A stretch of 64,000 bases of DNA from an uncultured delta proteobacterium (GTDB taxonomy: Bacteria > Desulfobacterota > Binatia > JACPRU01): NCBI GenBank assembly GCA_963745025.1, contig CAVUWD010000008.1:96001-160000 (forward strand). Direction: 5' to 3'. Of this stretch, positions 21,598 to 33,418 are shown piece by piece. The stretch's first letter is position 1. Each line of letters opens with the position of its first letter. The notes under the pieces were generated by a model. That model saw only the letters and a program-made list of their open reading frames with translations, was not told the DNA's origin and made no database searches. The position numbers and the translations under genes were made by a program.

Positions 21598-23300
21598 TAA
21601 GCCCTCCTGGGATTGGCGATGATGGCGGAGTGATCGCCGCTCTCGGCCAGAAAGGCGTGAAGCGTTGCCACCACCTGGGCACCTTCGCCGACGGCAGCGG
21701 CCACCCGCTTGACCGATCCGGCCCGCACGTCGCCGATCGCAAATACGCCGTGGCGACTCGTCTCGAGCGGTCGGTGCCCATTTTCGAGCTCTGCGCCCGT
21801 TCGCACGAAGCCTTTGTCGTCGAGCGCCAGATCGGATTGCGACAACCATCCGGTATTCGGCTCCGCACCGATGAACAGAAAGATGTGGCGGGTGGGCCGC
21901 CGTGTCTCTTGGCCCGAGGGCAGGTGGCGCCAGCGGATCGCTTCCAGGATGCCCCCTTGTCCCTCGAGCGCAGAGACTTCCGTTTGCACCAGCACCTCGA
22001 CATTGGGCAGCACGGCGATGCGATCGACAAGATAACGCGACATGCTGGCTTCCAAGCCGGATCCGCGCACGAGCAGCCGGACCTTGGCTACGTGGCCCGC
22101 CAGATACACCACTGCCTGGCCCGCGGAGTTGCCGCCGCCCACCAGCGCCACCTCTTGCCCGGCGCACAGCTTTCCCTCCAAGGGCGAGGCCCAGTAATGG
22201 ACGCTCGAGCCCTCGAAGGCCTGGAGGTTCGCGACGTCGAGACGCCGGTAGCGGGCGCCGCTGGCGATCACCACGGCGCGGGCGCGCACCTCTTCGCCGT
22301 TTGCGAGCCTCAGTTGGAACCGCGCGCCGTCAGGGTCCCCGCGGCACTCCAACCGCACGACCTCGTCCGGTATCGCGAACTCGACGCCGAATTTCTCACC
22401 TTGGTTGTGGGCTCGGGCCATCAGGGCCATGCCGGAGATTCCGGTCGGAAAGCCGAGATAGTTTTCGATCCGTGCCGACGCGCCCGCCTGGCCGCCGAAG
22501 GCACGGCTATCGAGCACGATCACCGATAGACCTTCGGACGCTCCGTACACCGCAGCGGCGAGGCCGGCCGGTCCGGCGCCGACGATGGCGACGTCGTAGA
22601 CTTTGGCGGCATCGATCGGTCGGACGAGGCCGAGCGAGCGAGCGAGCTCGCCTTCGCGCGGATTGCGCAGCATCTGCCCATTCGCGAGGAGCACGATCGG
22701 GAGATCGGACGGCTCGATGCGGAAGCGCTCAACGAGCGTCTTCGCACAGGAGTCGGTCTCGGGATCGAGCCGTTGGTATGGATGGCCATTGCGCGAGAGG
22801 AACCCTGCCAGCCGAAGGACGTGGCCATCGTCCGCAGGGCCGATGATCACGGGTCCCGCGATACCGCCTTGGAGAAGGCCGACGCGACGCAGGATGAGCG
22901 CGCGCATGATGCGCTCCCCCAGCTCGGCTTCCGCCACCAGAACGTCGCGGACCCTGAGCGAAGGAATCACGAGCGCCTCGGTTGGCTTCGTCGCGCGCGC
23001 GTCGACCAACGAAGGACGACCGGAGAGCTGCGCGAGCTCTCCCATGAGCGCGCCCGAGCCGTGCGTGATGATCGGGTGATCGCGATCGAGCACGTTGTGC
23101 TGGGTGACCGCGACCTCTCCCGACAGAATGATGAACATGCCCGGACTGACCTCGCCGGTCGCCAGCAGAGCTTCGCCCGTCCCGTAGCTCCGCGGCTCGC
23201 CGAAATGCCGCAGCCGCTCGATCTCCGCGAGCTCCAAGGCGGGAAACATCTGCTCATATCGGGTCTCGATGACCGGACGCCCAGATGCAGCCATGGTCAA
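21597..23300 (-). CDS. cNMP-binding domain plus thioredoxin-reductase-like FAD oxidoreductase
   Basis: GELAQLSGRPS; GAGPAG, GGQAG-S-RIENYLGFPTG, VGGGNSAGQ, GDVRAGSVKRVA. Confidence 0.93.
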   Translation of the reverse strand: MTMAASGRPVIETRYEQMFPALELAEIERLRHFGEPRSYGTGEALLATGEVSPGMFIILSGEVAVTQHNVLDRDHPIITHGSGALMGELAQLSGRPSLVDARATKPTEALVIPSLRVRDVLVAEAELGERIMRALILRRVGLLQGGIAGPVIIGPADDGHVLRLAGFLSRNGHPYQRLDPETDSCAKTLVERFRIEPSDLPIVLLANGQMLRNPREGELARSLGLVRPIDAAKVYDVAIVGAGPAGLAAAVYGASEGLSVIVLDSRAFGGQAGASARIENYLGFPTGISGMALMARAHNQGEKFGVEFAIPDEVVRLECRGDPDGARFQLRLANGEEVRARAVVIASGARYRRLDVANLQAFEGSSVHYWASPLEGKLCAGQEVALVGGGNSAGQAVVYLAGHVAKVRLLVRGSGLEASMSRYLVDRIAVLPNVEVLVQTEVSALEGQGGILEAIRWRHLPSGQETRRPTRHIFLFIGAEPNTGWLSQSDLALDDKGFVRTGAELENGHRPLETSRHGVFAIGDVRAGSVKRVAAAVGEGAQVVATLHAFLAESGDHSAIIANPRRA

Positions 23301-23804
23301 TTCCTCGAGGACGTCGTTGCGGACAAACGTGCCGACGTCGCTGGCGGCTTTACGGACGATACGCCTCTTTTGCCGATCTCGCTATGGCCTACCGAAAATG
23401 GAAGGCGATCACAGCTTGGCTTCGGGTTCGACGAAGTCGCGCGCTATCTGCTCCAAACGCTTCACCATCTCGCTCGGCCGGCGGCACGTCGACGACGACC
23501 AACGCGACTCCGTCGGCGCCGGCGTCGCGATAGCGCTTCAGGTCATCGGTCTTGATCGGCTTCGTATACGGCTATACCGCGGGCTCGACGTCAGAGGGTC
23601 GAGGTTGTTCGGGTGCTTTGCGAGCCCGCGCACCGCCAAAGATGCCGATGACTCCTGGTAGGGCTTAACGAGCGTCTTCTCGAGCTCCTTCTCTTCCCAC
23701 GGTCGTAGCGACTTGAGGCGGACGTTGAGCTGCGGGCCGTCGCGATCGTGTAGGCGAATTGGGCAGCTTGGCGAGGACGCGCAGCTGACCCGGCCCCATG
23801 GTGA

Positions 23805-24335
23805 TCAGTCGATCGTCTGTGGCGGATCCGTGAACTCCGCCGGGTGGATCGGCGGGTCGGCCGGAGCTTTGGCGATCTCAGCCTTGACGAGCCGCTCGTG
23901 CTCGCCCTCCTCTTCGCGGAGCTCGGCGAAGAGGCGCGCCACGTCAGCATTGGCGATCGCGGGCAACGCGGCGGCGAAGAAGGCGCCGGCTTTCTCCTCG
24001 GCTCGCAGAGCGGCCGCGAGGGACTCGCGCACGGTCATGAAGGCGCGCACTTCGTCGTACTCGGGCGCCTCGACATCGAAGAGCATCGCGCGCGTGACGT
24101 GACTCGGCTCGACTCCGAAGCTCTCCGCGCGGCGTGTGGCGAGGACCACGCGATGCTTCTCTTCGTTGCCGGCCATGAGGCGGAAAAAGCGCGCCGCTTC
24201 GAAGCTCCGGTGGATCTCCATTTGATCGGCGAACTCGACGTAGCGATCGCGCGCCTCTTCCTCGATGAGGATGGCAAGATCCAGCGCGTCGCGCAACTCG
24301 AGGTGCGCGAAGTCGATGCCTTGGGTTGTGTTCAT
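23805..24335 (-). CDS. Ferritin/rubrerythrin-family protein
   Basis: AILIEEEA-DRY, NEEKH, AEEKA--FF, EEGEH di-iron motifs. Confidence 0.88.
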   Translation of the reverse strand: MNTTQGIDFAHLELRDALDLAILIEEEARDRYVEFADQMEIHRSFEAARFFRLMAGNEEKHRVVLATRRAESFGVEPSHVTRAMLFDVEAPEYDEVRAFMTVRESLAAALRAEEKAGAFFAAALPAIANADVARLFAELREEEGEHERLVKAEIAKAPADPPIHPAEFTDPPQTID

Positions 24336-24352
24336 CGTTCCCTCCTGCAAGT

Positions 24353-25234
24353 TCAGTGCTGCACGAAGCGATCGAGGATGCGCTCGCGCGGCACGGCGTC
24401 CGGAGCGAGGGTCGCTTGCCGCTCGCGCACCAGCACTTCGAGCGGCGGCGGCGGCTGCGGATTGCGGTAGAGGACGCCGGTGTAGAGCTCGCGGCCATAG
24501 TCCTGCGCCAGCGCCAGCGCGCGCATGTGATCGGACGGGTCGTGCCCGAGCGCGGCGAGCGGCTTCATCATCGTCTTGTGCACCTTCATCTGCTGGTGGT
24601 GCTCGCCGTACGTGACGCACGGGGACTGCACGTTGACGAAGGAGAAGCCGGGGTAGCGGATCGCCGCTTCGAGGATGAGCGCGAGGCCGGGCATGTCCGC
24701 GGGCGTGCCCTGCGCGACGAAGCCGGCGCCGTACGCGAGCACGTACGCGAGCGGGTTCACCGGGCACTCGAAGCTACCGTAGGGCGAGGTCACGGTCTCG
24801 AGACCGCGCGGCGAGGTCGGCGAGAGCTGGCCCTTGGTGAGCCCGTAGATCTGGTTGTCCATCACGATGTAGGTGAGGTCCGGGTTCCGGCGGACCGCGT
24901 GCGCGACGTGGCCACCGCCGATCGAGAAGCCGTCGCCATCGCCGCCGGCGACGAGGACCAAGAGGTCGGGGCGCGCGAGCTTGACACCTTGGGCAATCGG
25001 CAGCGACCGGCCGTGCACGCTGTTGAAGCCGTAGGCCGTCGTGTAGCCGGGGATGCGCGAGGAGCAGCCGATGCCGGAAATGAAGGCGATATCGTGCGGC
25101 AAACGCCCGATGGCAGCGAGCGCGCGGTAGACCGCCTGGAGGACGCCGAAGTCGCCGCAGCCCGGGCACCAGATGGGCTTGAGCTCGCTCTTGAAGTCTT
25201 TTTGGCCTGGGCCCTGGAGTGGGTTCGAGCTCAT
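24353..25234 (-). CDS. korB: 2-oxoacid:ferredoxin oxidoreductase beta subunit
   Basis: WCPGCGD, SGIGCSS, GGDGD, YGLTKGQ. Confidence 0.93.
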   Translation of the reverse strand: MSSNPLQGPGQKDFKSELKPIWCPGCGDFGVLQAVYRALAAIGRLPHDIAFISGIGCSSRIPGYTTAYGFNSVHGRSLPIAQGVKLARPDLLVLVAGGDGDGFSIGGGHVAHAVRRNPDLTYIVMDNQIYGLTKGQLSPTSPRGLETVTSPYGSFECPVNPLAYVLAYGAGFVAQGTPADMPGLALILEAAIRYPGFSFVNVQSPCVTYGEHHQQMKVHKTMMKPLAALGHDPSDHMRALALAQDYGRELYTGVLYRNPQPPPPLEVLVRERQATLAPDAVPRERILDRFVQH

Positions 25235-25268
25235 GGGGTCGTGATCTCCGTGCGAGTGTGACTTGATT

Positions 25269-27062
25269 TCATTCATGCGACGGCCGTGACTCGCCGCCCC
25301 GCAGCTGGAGCGCCATCGCCAGTTCGCTGAGGCGCGCGAGCACCTCCGTTGGCTGGAAGGGATTGGCACCGCTGCGCGTGAAGGAAACGATGCCGGGCGG
25401 CACATCCAACATCATGCGCAGGATGCGATAGAGCTGGCCCTGGTGCGATTGCTCGACCACGAGCCCAGCCTCCACGCCCTCGAAGAACTCGCGGTAGACG
25501 CCCTCGGCGACGGGGTAAATGAGCTGCGGCACACAGAGCTTCACGCGCAGGTGTTGCGCGGTCGCGAGGTGCAGCGCTTCGCGACAGACGCCGCCGACCG
25601 AGCCCCAGCCGATGAGGGCCAACGGGGCGCGCGGATCGCCCTCGATGATGAAGAGGTCGCGGCGACCCTGGAGCGGCGCGAGCTTCTTGAAGCGCTTGGC
25701 GTTCATGCGCCCGTGGACTTTGCCGCTAACGGTGGGATCGCCGTGCTCGTTGTGCTCGATGCCGGCCGCGAGATAGGTGCCGCCGGGCATGCCCGGATGG
25801 CTGATCGGGCTCACCCCCGAGCCATCGTCGGCGAAGCGCTGGTAGTTCTTGAGCTCGGCAGCCGTTGGACGCTTGCGCTCGATCAGCGCGAAGCGCGAGA
25901 GGTCGAAGGGCTCGACGGTCTCTTTGCGCTGGGCGATCTCCTGGTCCGACAAGATGATGACTGGGGTCTGATACTGCTCGGCCAGGTTGAAGGCCTCGAC
26001 CGTCACGGCAAACGTGTCGGCGACCGAGGTCGGCGCGAGCACCGGCCGGACGACGTCGCCGTGCGCCGAGAACGCGGCCTGGAAGAGGTCGGACTGCTCG
26101 GGCTTGGTCGGAGTGCCGGTCGATGGGCCGCCGCGCTGGACATTGAGCAAGACCAGCGGCAGCTCGGCGATCGTCGCGAGCCCGAGCATCTCAGTCTTGA
26201 GCGACATGCCCGGACCCGAGGTCGCGGTCATCGCCTTCTTGCCGGCGAACGAGGCCCCGACCGCGACGCCGATGCCGGCGATCTCGTCCTCCACCTGAAG
26301 CACCGCGCCGCCGTACTTCCAGATCTCGCGCGCGAGCGTCTGCATGACCTCGGTCGACGGCGTGATCGGGTAGCCACCGAAGACATCGCAGCCCGCGAAG
26401 AGCGCGGCCGAGGCGCACATGTCGTTGCCGTCGAGAAGCAGCTGTTTGCCGGCGCGCTCGGGCGGCGCCAGATCGAGTGTGCGCGGGACGGCCAGCGGGC
26501 GCGAAGCGGCATGGGTGTACCCGAGGTTGAAGGCACGTTCGTTGGCCTCGATGAGCGCCGCGCCCTTGTCGGCCCAGGTCTTGGCCATGCCGCGCAGGAT
26601 GGCCGCCGCGGGGATACCAAACCACTCGGCGAGCAGGCCGAGGACGACGCTGTTCTTGGCGCGCTCGGTGCCGGTCGCCTCGCGCGCCAGCTCGCCGATC
26701 GGCACGGCGAAGACCTGCTCGGGCACGATGCCAGGCAGCGGAAGCTGGTCCGGGGCGACGCCGCTCTTCTCCTCATAGATGACGACGGTGCGGCCGCCGA
26801 CTGGAAGCTCGGCCCCGAACTTCAGGAAGTCACCCCAGTCGAGCGACACGGCCACATCGAGCACGCCGCCCGGACCGAACAGGGGATCGACCGCAATGCG
26901 CACGCGGCACGAGGACTCTCCGCCGCGAATCTGCGACCCGAAGCTCTTGGTCATCATCGCGTGGTAGCCCTCGGAGGCTGCGGCGGAGATCAGCGACTCG
27001 CCGGCGCTGACGATACCGTCGCCGCCCGACCCTGCCATTCCGATCACGAGGTCGCGAGCCAT
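25269..27062 (-). CDS. korA: 2-oxoacid:ferredoxin oxidoreductase alpha subunit
   Basis: IRGGES, YPITPS, QVEDEI, TATSGPG, QRGGPSTG. Confidence 0.93.
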   Translation of the reverse strand: MARDLVIGMAGSGGDGIVSAGESLISAAASEGYHAMMTKSFGSQIRGGESSCRVRIAVDPLFGPGGVLDVAVSLDWGDFLKFGAELPVGGRTVVIYEEKSGVAPDQLPLPGIVPEQVFAVPIGELAREATGTERAKNSVVLGLLAEWFGIPAAAILRGMAKTWADKGAALIEANERAFNLGYTHAASRPLAVPRTLDLAPPERAGKQLLLDGNDMCASAALFAGCDVFGGYPITPSTEVMQTLAREIWKYGGAVLQVEDEIAGIGVAVGASFAGKKAMTATSGPGMSLKTEMLGLATIAELPLVLLNVQRGGPSTGTPTKPEQSDLFQAAFSAHGDVVRPVLAPTSVADTFAVTVEAFNLAEQYQTPVIILSDQEIAQRKETVEPFDLSRFALIERKRPTAAELKNYQRFADDGSGVSPISHPGMPGGTYLAAGIEHNEHGDPTVSGKVHGRMNAKRFKKLAPLQGRRDLFIIEGDPRAPLALIGWGSVGGVCREALHLATAQHLRVKLCVPQLIYPVAEGVYREFFEGVEAGLVVEQSHQGQLYRILRMMLDVPPGIVSFTRSGANPFQPTEVLARLSELAMALQLRGGESRPSHE

Positions 27063-27511
27063 GGATCCTTCTTCGTCAGACCCCACCAGCGTTGCACTAC
27101 GATCGCCCGACCACAAGCGAACTCGCGGGTCAGACCTGCCCGCTATCGCCGGATTCCATGCGGGATGGAGGCGTATCGCCCGAGCTTTTGTTCGGTGGTC
27201 CGTTCGCCACAGCGGGCAAGCGCTGGGCGGGGCGCGCATGGATATCGAGCTCAACCTGCGGCACGATGCAGATCGCGGCCGTCGTTCCACGCGGGATTCA
27301 CTCGCTTTGCGGCCCGCAGCTTTGCTCGAAGAACCTTTCGTCCTCCTTTACCCAGGGCTCCGGCAAACGGGATCGCTTCCACTAACCGCCCGGGTTACTA
27401 TGGAAGTGTACCGACAACTCTTCCAGCGGAACTCTCATCCGCTGGGCATCTGCGCCTTCGTAGCGCACTCTCGGATTGAGGTTAGTCTCCAGGTTGCTCT
27501 GGAGAAAAGTC

Positions 27512-28825
27512 ATGACGACCCAGCAGAAGAAGATGGCCATCCTCGTAGCAGGCGAACCTGCACCCGGCATCAACAGCGTGATCAGCGCCGCGACCATCCG
27601 CGGCGAGCTCGAAGGAGTCGACGTTATCGGTATCCAGGACGGCTTCGAGTGGCTCATGCAGGGCAACATCGATTACGTCACCCCGCTGACCATCGAGAAC
27701 GTGAGCCGCATCCACTTCCGTGGTGGGTCGTACATCGGCATCTCACGTGCCAACCCTACCCTCAAGCCCGCTCACCTCGAGAACACGATCATCTCACTTC
27801 TGCGCTTGAACGTCTCGCAGCTCATCACGATCGGCGGCGACGACACGGCCTTCTCTGCCATGAAGCTCGAGGAGCAGTCGCAAGGGCGGATCCGCGTGGT
27901 GCATGTGCCCAAGACGATCGACAATGACCTCGTCCTGCCCGCTTATGTCGATACGTTCGGCTTCCAAACCGCACGCCACTACGGCGTCGACATCGTCAAG
28001 AACCTGATGGTCGACGCAGAGACGACTTCACGATGGTACTTCATCATCACGATGGGCCGGAAGGCCGGCCATCTGGCACTCGGCATCGGCAAAGCGGCGG
28101 GCGCCACGCTGACACTCATCCCCGAGGAGTTTGCCGGCCAGCCGCTCCGGCTGAATGCGATCGTCGACACGCTCGTGGGCGCCATCATCAAACGCCTGAG
28201 TTACGGGCGACGTGACGGCAGCGCGATCATCGCCGAGGGTCTCGTCCTCGACCTGGACCCACAGGATGTGACGCAGCTCGAGGGCGTCGAGCGCGACGAT
28301 TACGGAAACCTTCGGGCCGCTGAAGTGACCATCGGCGAGATCCTCAAGGCCCAGGCGAACAAGCGACTCAACGAATTTGGCATCAAGACGACGATCGTCG
28401 CGAAAAATATCGGCTACGAGCTTCGCTGTGCCGACCCCATCCCCTACGACATGGAGTACACGCGTGACCTCGGGTACTGCGCGGCCAAGTACCTGCTCTC
28501 CGGCGGCACTGGGGTGATGATTTCGATGCAAGGCGGGCGCTTCGTCCCGGTGCCGCTCGGAAGTCTCATCGATGCAGCTACGGGGCGGACCCGGATCCGC
28601 TTGGTCGACATTCACTCGACACGCTACGCGATTGCCCGCCGCTACATGCTCCGCTTGCGCCGCGATGACTTCGAGGATCCCCACGAGCTCGCAAGGTTTG
28701 CAGCGACGGCGCACATGTCTCTCGAGGAATTTCGGAAGCAGTTCGAGCACCTCGTGCACAGTGAGCCACCGCCCCTCGCGCTCGACCTGGGGATCGAGGA
28801 GCCGCTGGGCGAACATGGCCGGTGA
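27512..28825 (+). CDS. pfp: PPi-dependent phosphofructokinase
   Basis: GGDDT, PKTIDND, MGR, GYELRC. Confidence 0.88.
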   Translation: MTTQQKKMAILVAGEPAPGINSVISAATIRGELEGVDVIGIQDGFEWLMQGNIDYVTPLTIENVSRIHFRGGSYIGISRANPTLKPAHLENTIISLLRLNVSQLITIGGDDTAFSAMKLEEQSQGRIRVVHVPKTIDNDLVLPAYVDTFGFQTARHYGVDIVKNLMVDAETTSRWYFIITMGRKAGHLALGIGKAAGATLTLIPEEFAGQPLRLNAIVDTLVGAIIKRLSYGRRDGSAIIAEGLVLDLDPQDVTQLEGVERDDYGNLRAAEVTIGEILKAQANKRLNEFGIKTTIVAKNIGYELRCADPIPYDMEYTRDLGYCAAKYLLSGGTGVMISMQGGRFVPVPLGSLIDAATGRTRIRLVDIHSTRYAIARRYMLRLRRDDFEDPHELARFAATAHMSLEEFRKQFEHLVHSEPPPLALDLGIEEPLGEHGR

Positions 28826-29016
28826 GTCGGCTCTGCGAGTGGAAACGCTCATCGGTTCCCGCGGGAAGTCGGCCGCGCCCGGGGCGACCGTCGGCATAGC
28901 TGGAACACAGAGAACTCCGGTGGTTGCATCCCGTCGTCACCGCGCTCGCCACGATCGGGAGCACGCGCTTTTCGGAGAGTATAACGATTCTGAAGGCATC
29001 AGAGAGGGACGTACGC

Positions 29017-32000
29017 ATGAGCCGAGCAATTGCCACGATCGATGGGAACGAAGCGGTGGCCGCGGTTGCCCATCGTCTCAACGAAGTGATCGCCATCTAT
29101 CCGATCACCCCGTCGTCGCCGATGGGGGAGTGGGCCGACCAGTGGGCGTCGGAGGGCACGCCGAACATTTGGGGGGCGGTGCCGTCGGTCGTCGAGATGC
29201 AGAGCGAAGCCGGTGCGGCCGGCGCGGTGCATGGCGCGCTGCAGACCGGGGCATTGACGACGACGTTCACTGCATCGCAGGGCCTCCTGCTGATGATCCC
29301 CGACATGTACAAGATCGCCGGCGAGTTGACGGCGACGGTGTTCCACGTTGCAGCGCGCTCACTGGCGGCGCAGGGGCTGTCGATCTTCGGCGACCACAGC
29401 GACGTGATGGCCGCGCGCGCCACCGGCTTCGCAATGCTGTGCTCGGCTTCGGTCCAAGAGGCCATGGACTTCGCCGCCATCGCGCAGATGGCGACGCTGG
29501 AGAGCCGCATTCCGTTTCTGCACTTCTTCGACGGCTTCCGTACCTCGCATGAGGTGGCGAAGATCGAGCTGCTGTCGGACGATGATCTGCGTGCGCTTAT
29601 CGACGACACGCTCGTGCTGCAACACCGCAGCCGCGCGCTGTCGCCGGATCATCCGGTGCTACGCGGCACGACACAGAATCCGGACGTCTACTTCCAGGCG
29701 CGCGAGACGGTGAATCCGTACTACGCGGCGTGTCCCGACATCACCGAGCGAGCGATGGAAAAGTTCGCCCGACTCGTCGGCCGTGCCTACCGGCTCTACG
29801 AGTACCACGGCGCCCCCGACGCTGAGCGCATTCTCGTTCTGATGGGCTCCGGCGCCGAAGCCGTGCATGAGACGGTGGACGTCCTCAACGCCGGCGGCGG
29901 GCGCGTGGGTGTGTTGAAGGTACGCCTCTACCGCCCCTTTGACTCGCGCCGTTTCGTCGAGACGCTGCCTGCAACGACGACGGCGATTGCCGTGCTTGAT
30001 CGGACGAAGGAGCCCGGCAGCGCCGGCGAGCCACTGTACCTCGACTGCGTGAACGCGATCCACGAAGGGATCACCAACTGTTGGGGTGCGTTGCACTCGT
30101 ACCCGAACCTCGTCGGTGGTCGCTACGGGTTGTCGTCCAAAGAGTTCACACCGGCAATGATCAAAGGGCTGTTCGACCACCTCCGCAGCGAACGGCCGAA
30201 GAACCACTTTACTATCGGCATCAACGACGACGTCTCGCATACCAGCATCGACTACGATCCCGAGTTCTCGATCGAGCCGGACAGCGTCGTCCGCGGGCTG
30301 TTCTACGGTTTGGGGGCGGACGGCACGGTGGGCGCCAACAAGAACTCCATCAAGATCATTGGCGAGGATTCTGATCACTACGCGCAAGGCTACTTCGTCT
30401 ACGACTCGAAGAAGGCCGGCGCCGTGACTGTGTCGCACCTGCGCTTCGGTCCCCAGCCGATCCACTCCACCTACCTCATCACCCGCGCCAACTTCGTCGG
30501 CTGCCACCAGTGGGTGTTCCTCGAGCGCTACGACATGCTCAAGAACCTCGTACCGGGTGGGACGTTCCTACTGAACAGCGCCTACGGACCGGGCGACGTA
30601 TGGGCGTATCTGCCGCGCACGGCGCAGGAGCACATCATCGCCAAGGGCCTCAAGTTCTATGTCATTGACGCCTACAAGGTGGCGCGGGAGAGCGGCATGG
30701 GCGGGCGCATCAACACCGTCATGCAGGTGTGCTTCTTCGCAATCTCCGGTGTGCTGCCGAAGGATGACGCCATTGCCGCGATCAAGAAGTCGATCGAGAA
30801 GACATACGGGAACAAGGGCGCGGAGATCGTGCAGATGAACTTTGCCGCCGTCGACAAGACACTGGCGCACCTGTTCGATGTGACGGTTCCCGACCACGTG
30901 ACCAGCACGATCACCATGCCACCGCCAGTGTCACCGCAGGCGCCGCAGTTCGTACAGGAGGCCACGGCGCGTATGATCGCCGGCATGGGTGACAGCTTGC
31001 CGGTGAGCGCGCTGCCGGCGGACGGCACCTATCCCACCGGCACCGCGAAATGGGAAAAGCGCAACATCGCGCAGGAGATCCCGGTGTGGGATTCGGACGT
31101 ATGCATCGAGTGCGGCAAGTGCGCCATGGTGTGCCCGCACGGCGTCATTCGCATCAAGGTGTACGACCCGCAGCACCTCGCCGGCGCGCCGGCGACGTTC
31201 AAGTCGTGCGACGCGCGCGACCGTGAGTGGCAGGGGCTGAAGTACACGATCCAGGTGGCGCCGGAGGACTGCACGGGCTGTGGCATCTGCGTCGACATCT
31301 GCCCCGCCAAGAACAAGTCGCAGACGCGGCTAAAGGCGATCAACATGAGCCCGCAGCCGCCGCTGCGCGAGCCGCAGCGCGAGAACTGGAATTTCTTCCT
31401 GACGATCCCCGAGATCGACCGCCGCCACGTGAAGGCCAGGACGATCCGCCAGCAGCAGGTGCAAGCAGCCGCTGTTCGAGTTCTCCAGCGCCTGCTCCGG
31501 CTGCGGCGAGACGCCATACATCAAGCTGGCGACCCAGCTCTTCGGCGATCGCATGATCGTCGCCAACGCCACCGGGTGCTCGTCCATCTACGGCGGTAAC
31601 CTGCCGACGACGCCGTGGACACAGAACGGCGACGGTCGCGGACCGGCATGGTCGAACTCCCTGTTCGAAGACAACGCCGAGTTCGGACTCGGCTACCGTC
31701 TGTCGATCGACTATCAGCGGACATTCGCCTCCGAGCTGCTGAAGAAGTTAGCCGGCACCGTTGGCGACGATCTGGCGCACGCCATCCTGACCGGGGAGCA
31801 GAAAGACGAAGCCGACATTTTCGAGCAGCGCGACCGCGTCGCCGCATTGAAGGAAAAGCTGCGCGGCACGGACTCCTACGATGCGCGGCAGCTGTTGAGC
31901 GTCGCCGACATGCTGGTGAAGAAGAGCGTGTGGATCATCGGCGGTGACGGCTGGGGCTACGACATCGGCTTCGGCGGCCTCGACCACGTGCTCGCCAGCG

Positions 32001-32587
32001 GGCGCGACGTGAACGTACTGCTGCTCGACACCGAGGTCTATTCGAATACCGGCGGGCAGGCGTCGAAGGCGACGCCGCGTGGCGCCGTCGCCAAGTTCGC
32101 CGCCGGCGGCAAGCAGGCACCGAAGAAGGACCTCGGGATGATTGCCATGAGCTACGGCACCGTCTATGTCGCCCGCGTCGCCATGGGCGCGAAGGACGAG
32201 CACACGCTGCGCGCCTTTCTCGAAGCCGAGGCGTATCCCGGCGCCTCGCTGATCATCGCTTACAGCCACTGCATCGCCCACGGCATCAACATGGCCACGG
32301 CGATGCAGAACCAGAAAGCCGCCGTCGATTCGGGGCAATGGCTGCTCTACCGCTACAACCCCGAGCGCGCCGCGAAAGGCGAGAACCCGCTGCAGCTCGA
32401 CTCGCAGGCGCCGAAGATCCCGCTGGAGAAGTACATGTACATGGAGAACCGGTTCAAGATGCTTACCAAGAGCAAGCCGGGAGATGCGAAGCGGCTGCTG
32501 CAGGAGGCGCAGGACGACGTCGACACGCGCTGGAAGCTGTACGAGTACCTGGCAGCGAGGAAAGGAGACGTTCCTCGTGAAGCGTGA
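29017..32587 (+). pseudogene. nifJ: Pyruvate:ferredoxin/flavodoxin oxidoreductase, frameshift near 31463
   Basis: YPITPSS, two 4Fe-4S motifs, FEFS-AC-GCGETPY in shifted frame, GGDGW. Confidence 0.93.
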
Positions 32588-32643
32588 AGCGTATCGCATC
32601 CGCTGACTCCGACGAGATACGCTTCACGTGCGAAGGAGCCACG

Positions 32644-33256
32644 ATGGATTTCACCACATCATACGTGGGCCTGACGCTGCGCTCGCCGCTCGTGCCCTCG
32701 GCGTCGCCGTTGTCGGAAGAGATCGACAACATCCGGCGCATGGAGGAGGCCGGTGCGGCGGCGGTGGTGCTGTACTCGCTGTTCGAGGAGCAGTTGGTGC
32801 TCGACCGCTTCGAGCTGCACCACCACCTCACCGCGGGTACGGAGAGCTTCGCGAAGGCGTTGACCTAGTTTTCCGAGCCGACGGAGTTTCACCTCGGACC
32901 CGAGGACTACCTCAACCACATCCGCCAGGCGAAGGAGGCGGTCGACATCCCCATCATCGCCATGCTTGAACGGCACCTCGCTCGGTGGTTGGACCAACTA
33001 TGCGAAGCTGATGCAGGAGGCGGGGGCCGACGCGCTCGAGCTCAACGTCTCCTACATCCCCACCGACATGCAGCAGACCGCCGAGCAGGTGGAGCAAGCC
33101 TATGTGGACATCTTGCACGCGGTGAAGTCGGTGGTGACCATCCCGGTGGTGCTGAAGCTCGGTCCGTTCTCCAGCAACATGGCCCGCATGGCGAAGCGGC
33201 TCGACGACGCCGGCGCCAACGCGCTGGTGCTCTTCAACCGCTTCTATCAACCCGAG
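32644..33256 (+). pseudogene. Dihydroorotate dehydrogenase-like protein (nifJ-associated)
   Basis: [28 protein letters not shown]; TAG at 32866, frameshift near 32963, truncated. Confidence 0.88.
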
Positions 33257-33287
33257 GGCGAGCTCGGAGCCAAAAAAGAATGATGGA

Positions 33288-33330
33288 GCGGCAGCAGCCC
33301 GAGGCACGAGGCCTCGCGACTGCTGCCGCT
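33288..33330. repeat. Hairpin resembling an attC interior
   Basis: agcggcagcag/ctgctgccgct stem; no R boxes. Confidence 0.4.
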
Positions 33331-33374
33331 GAACGATGGGTAAGAGGGGTAGGAAGGGATGAGGGAACGAGGGA

Positions 33375-33418
33375 TCGTCTTCGATGACGAACACGCTCTG
33401 CTTGCTGTGAACGTCTAG
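33375..33418. repeat. 44-bp IS110 stub identical to 17974-18017
   Basis: tcgtcttcgatgacgaacacgctctgcttgctgtgaacgtctag. Confidence 0.9.

Noticed and set aside
28985-29012. Peptide SEGIREG shared with the NirK C-terminus
   Set aside because: Falls over the nifJ RBS in a non-coding frame with weak DNA identity; probably chance
31455-31470. Programmed frameshift in nifJ
   Set aside because: No slippery sequence; simple 1-bp insertion among many lesions
32866-32868. Pyrrolysine or TAG readthrough in the pyrD-like gene
   Set aside because: The gene is also frameshifted and truncated; the TAG is one change from a Tyr codon
33288-33330. Complete attC site
   Set aside because: Stem present but both R boxes missing
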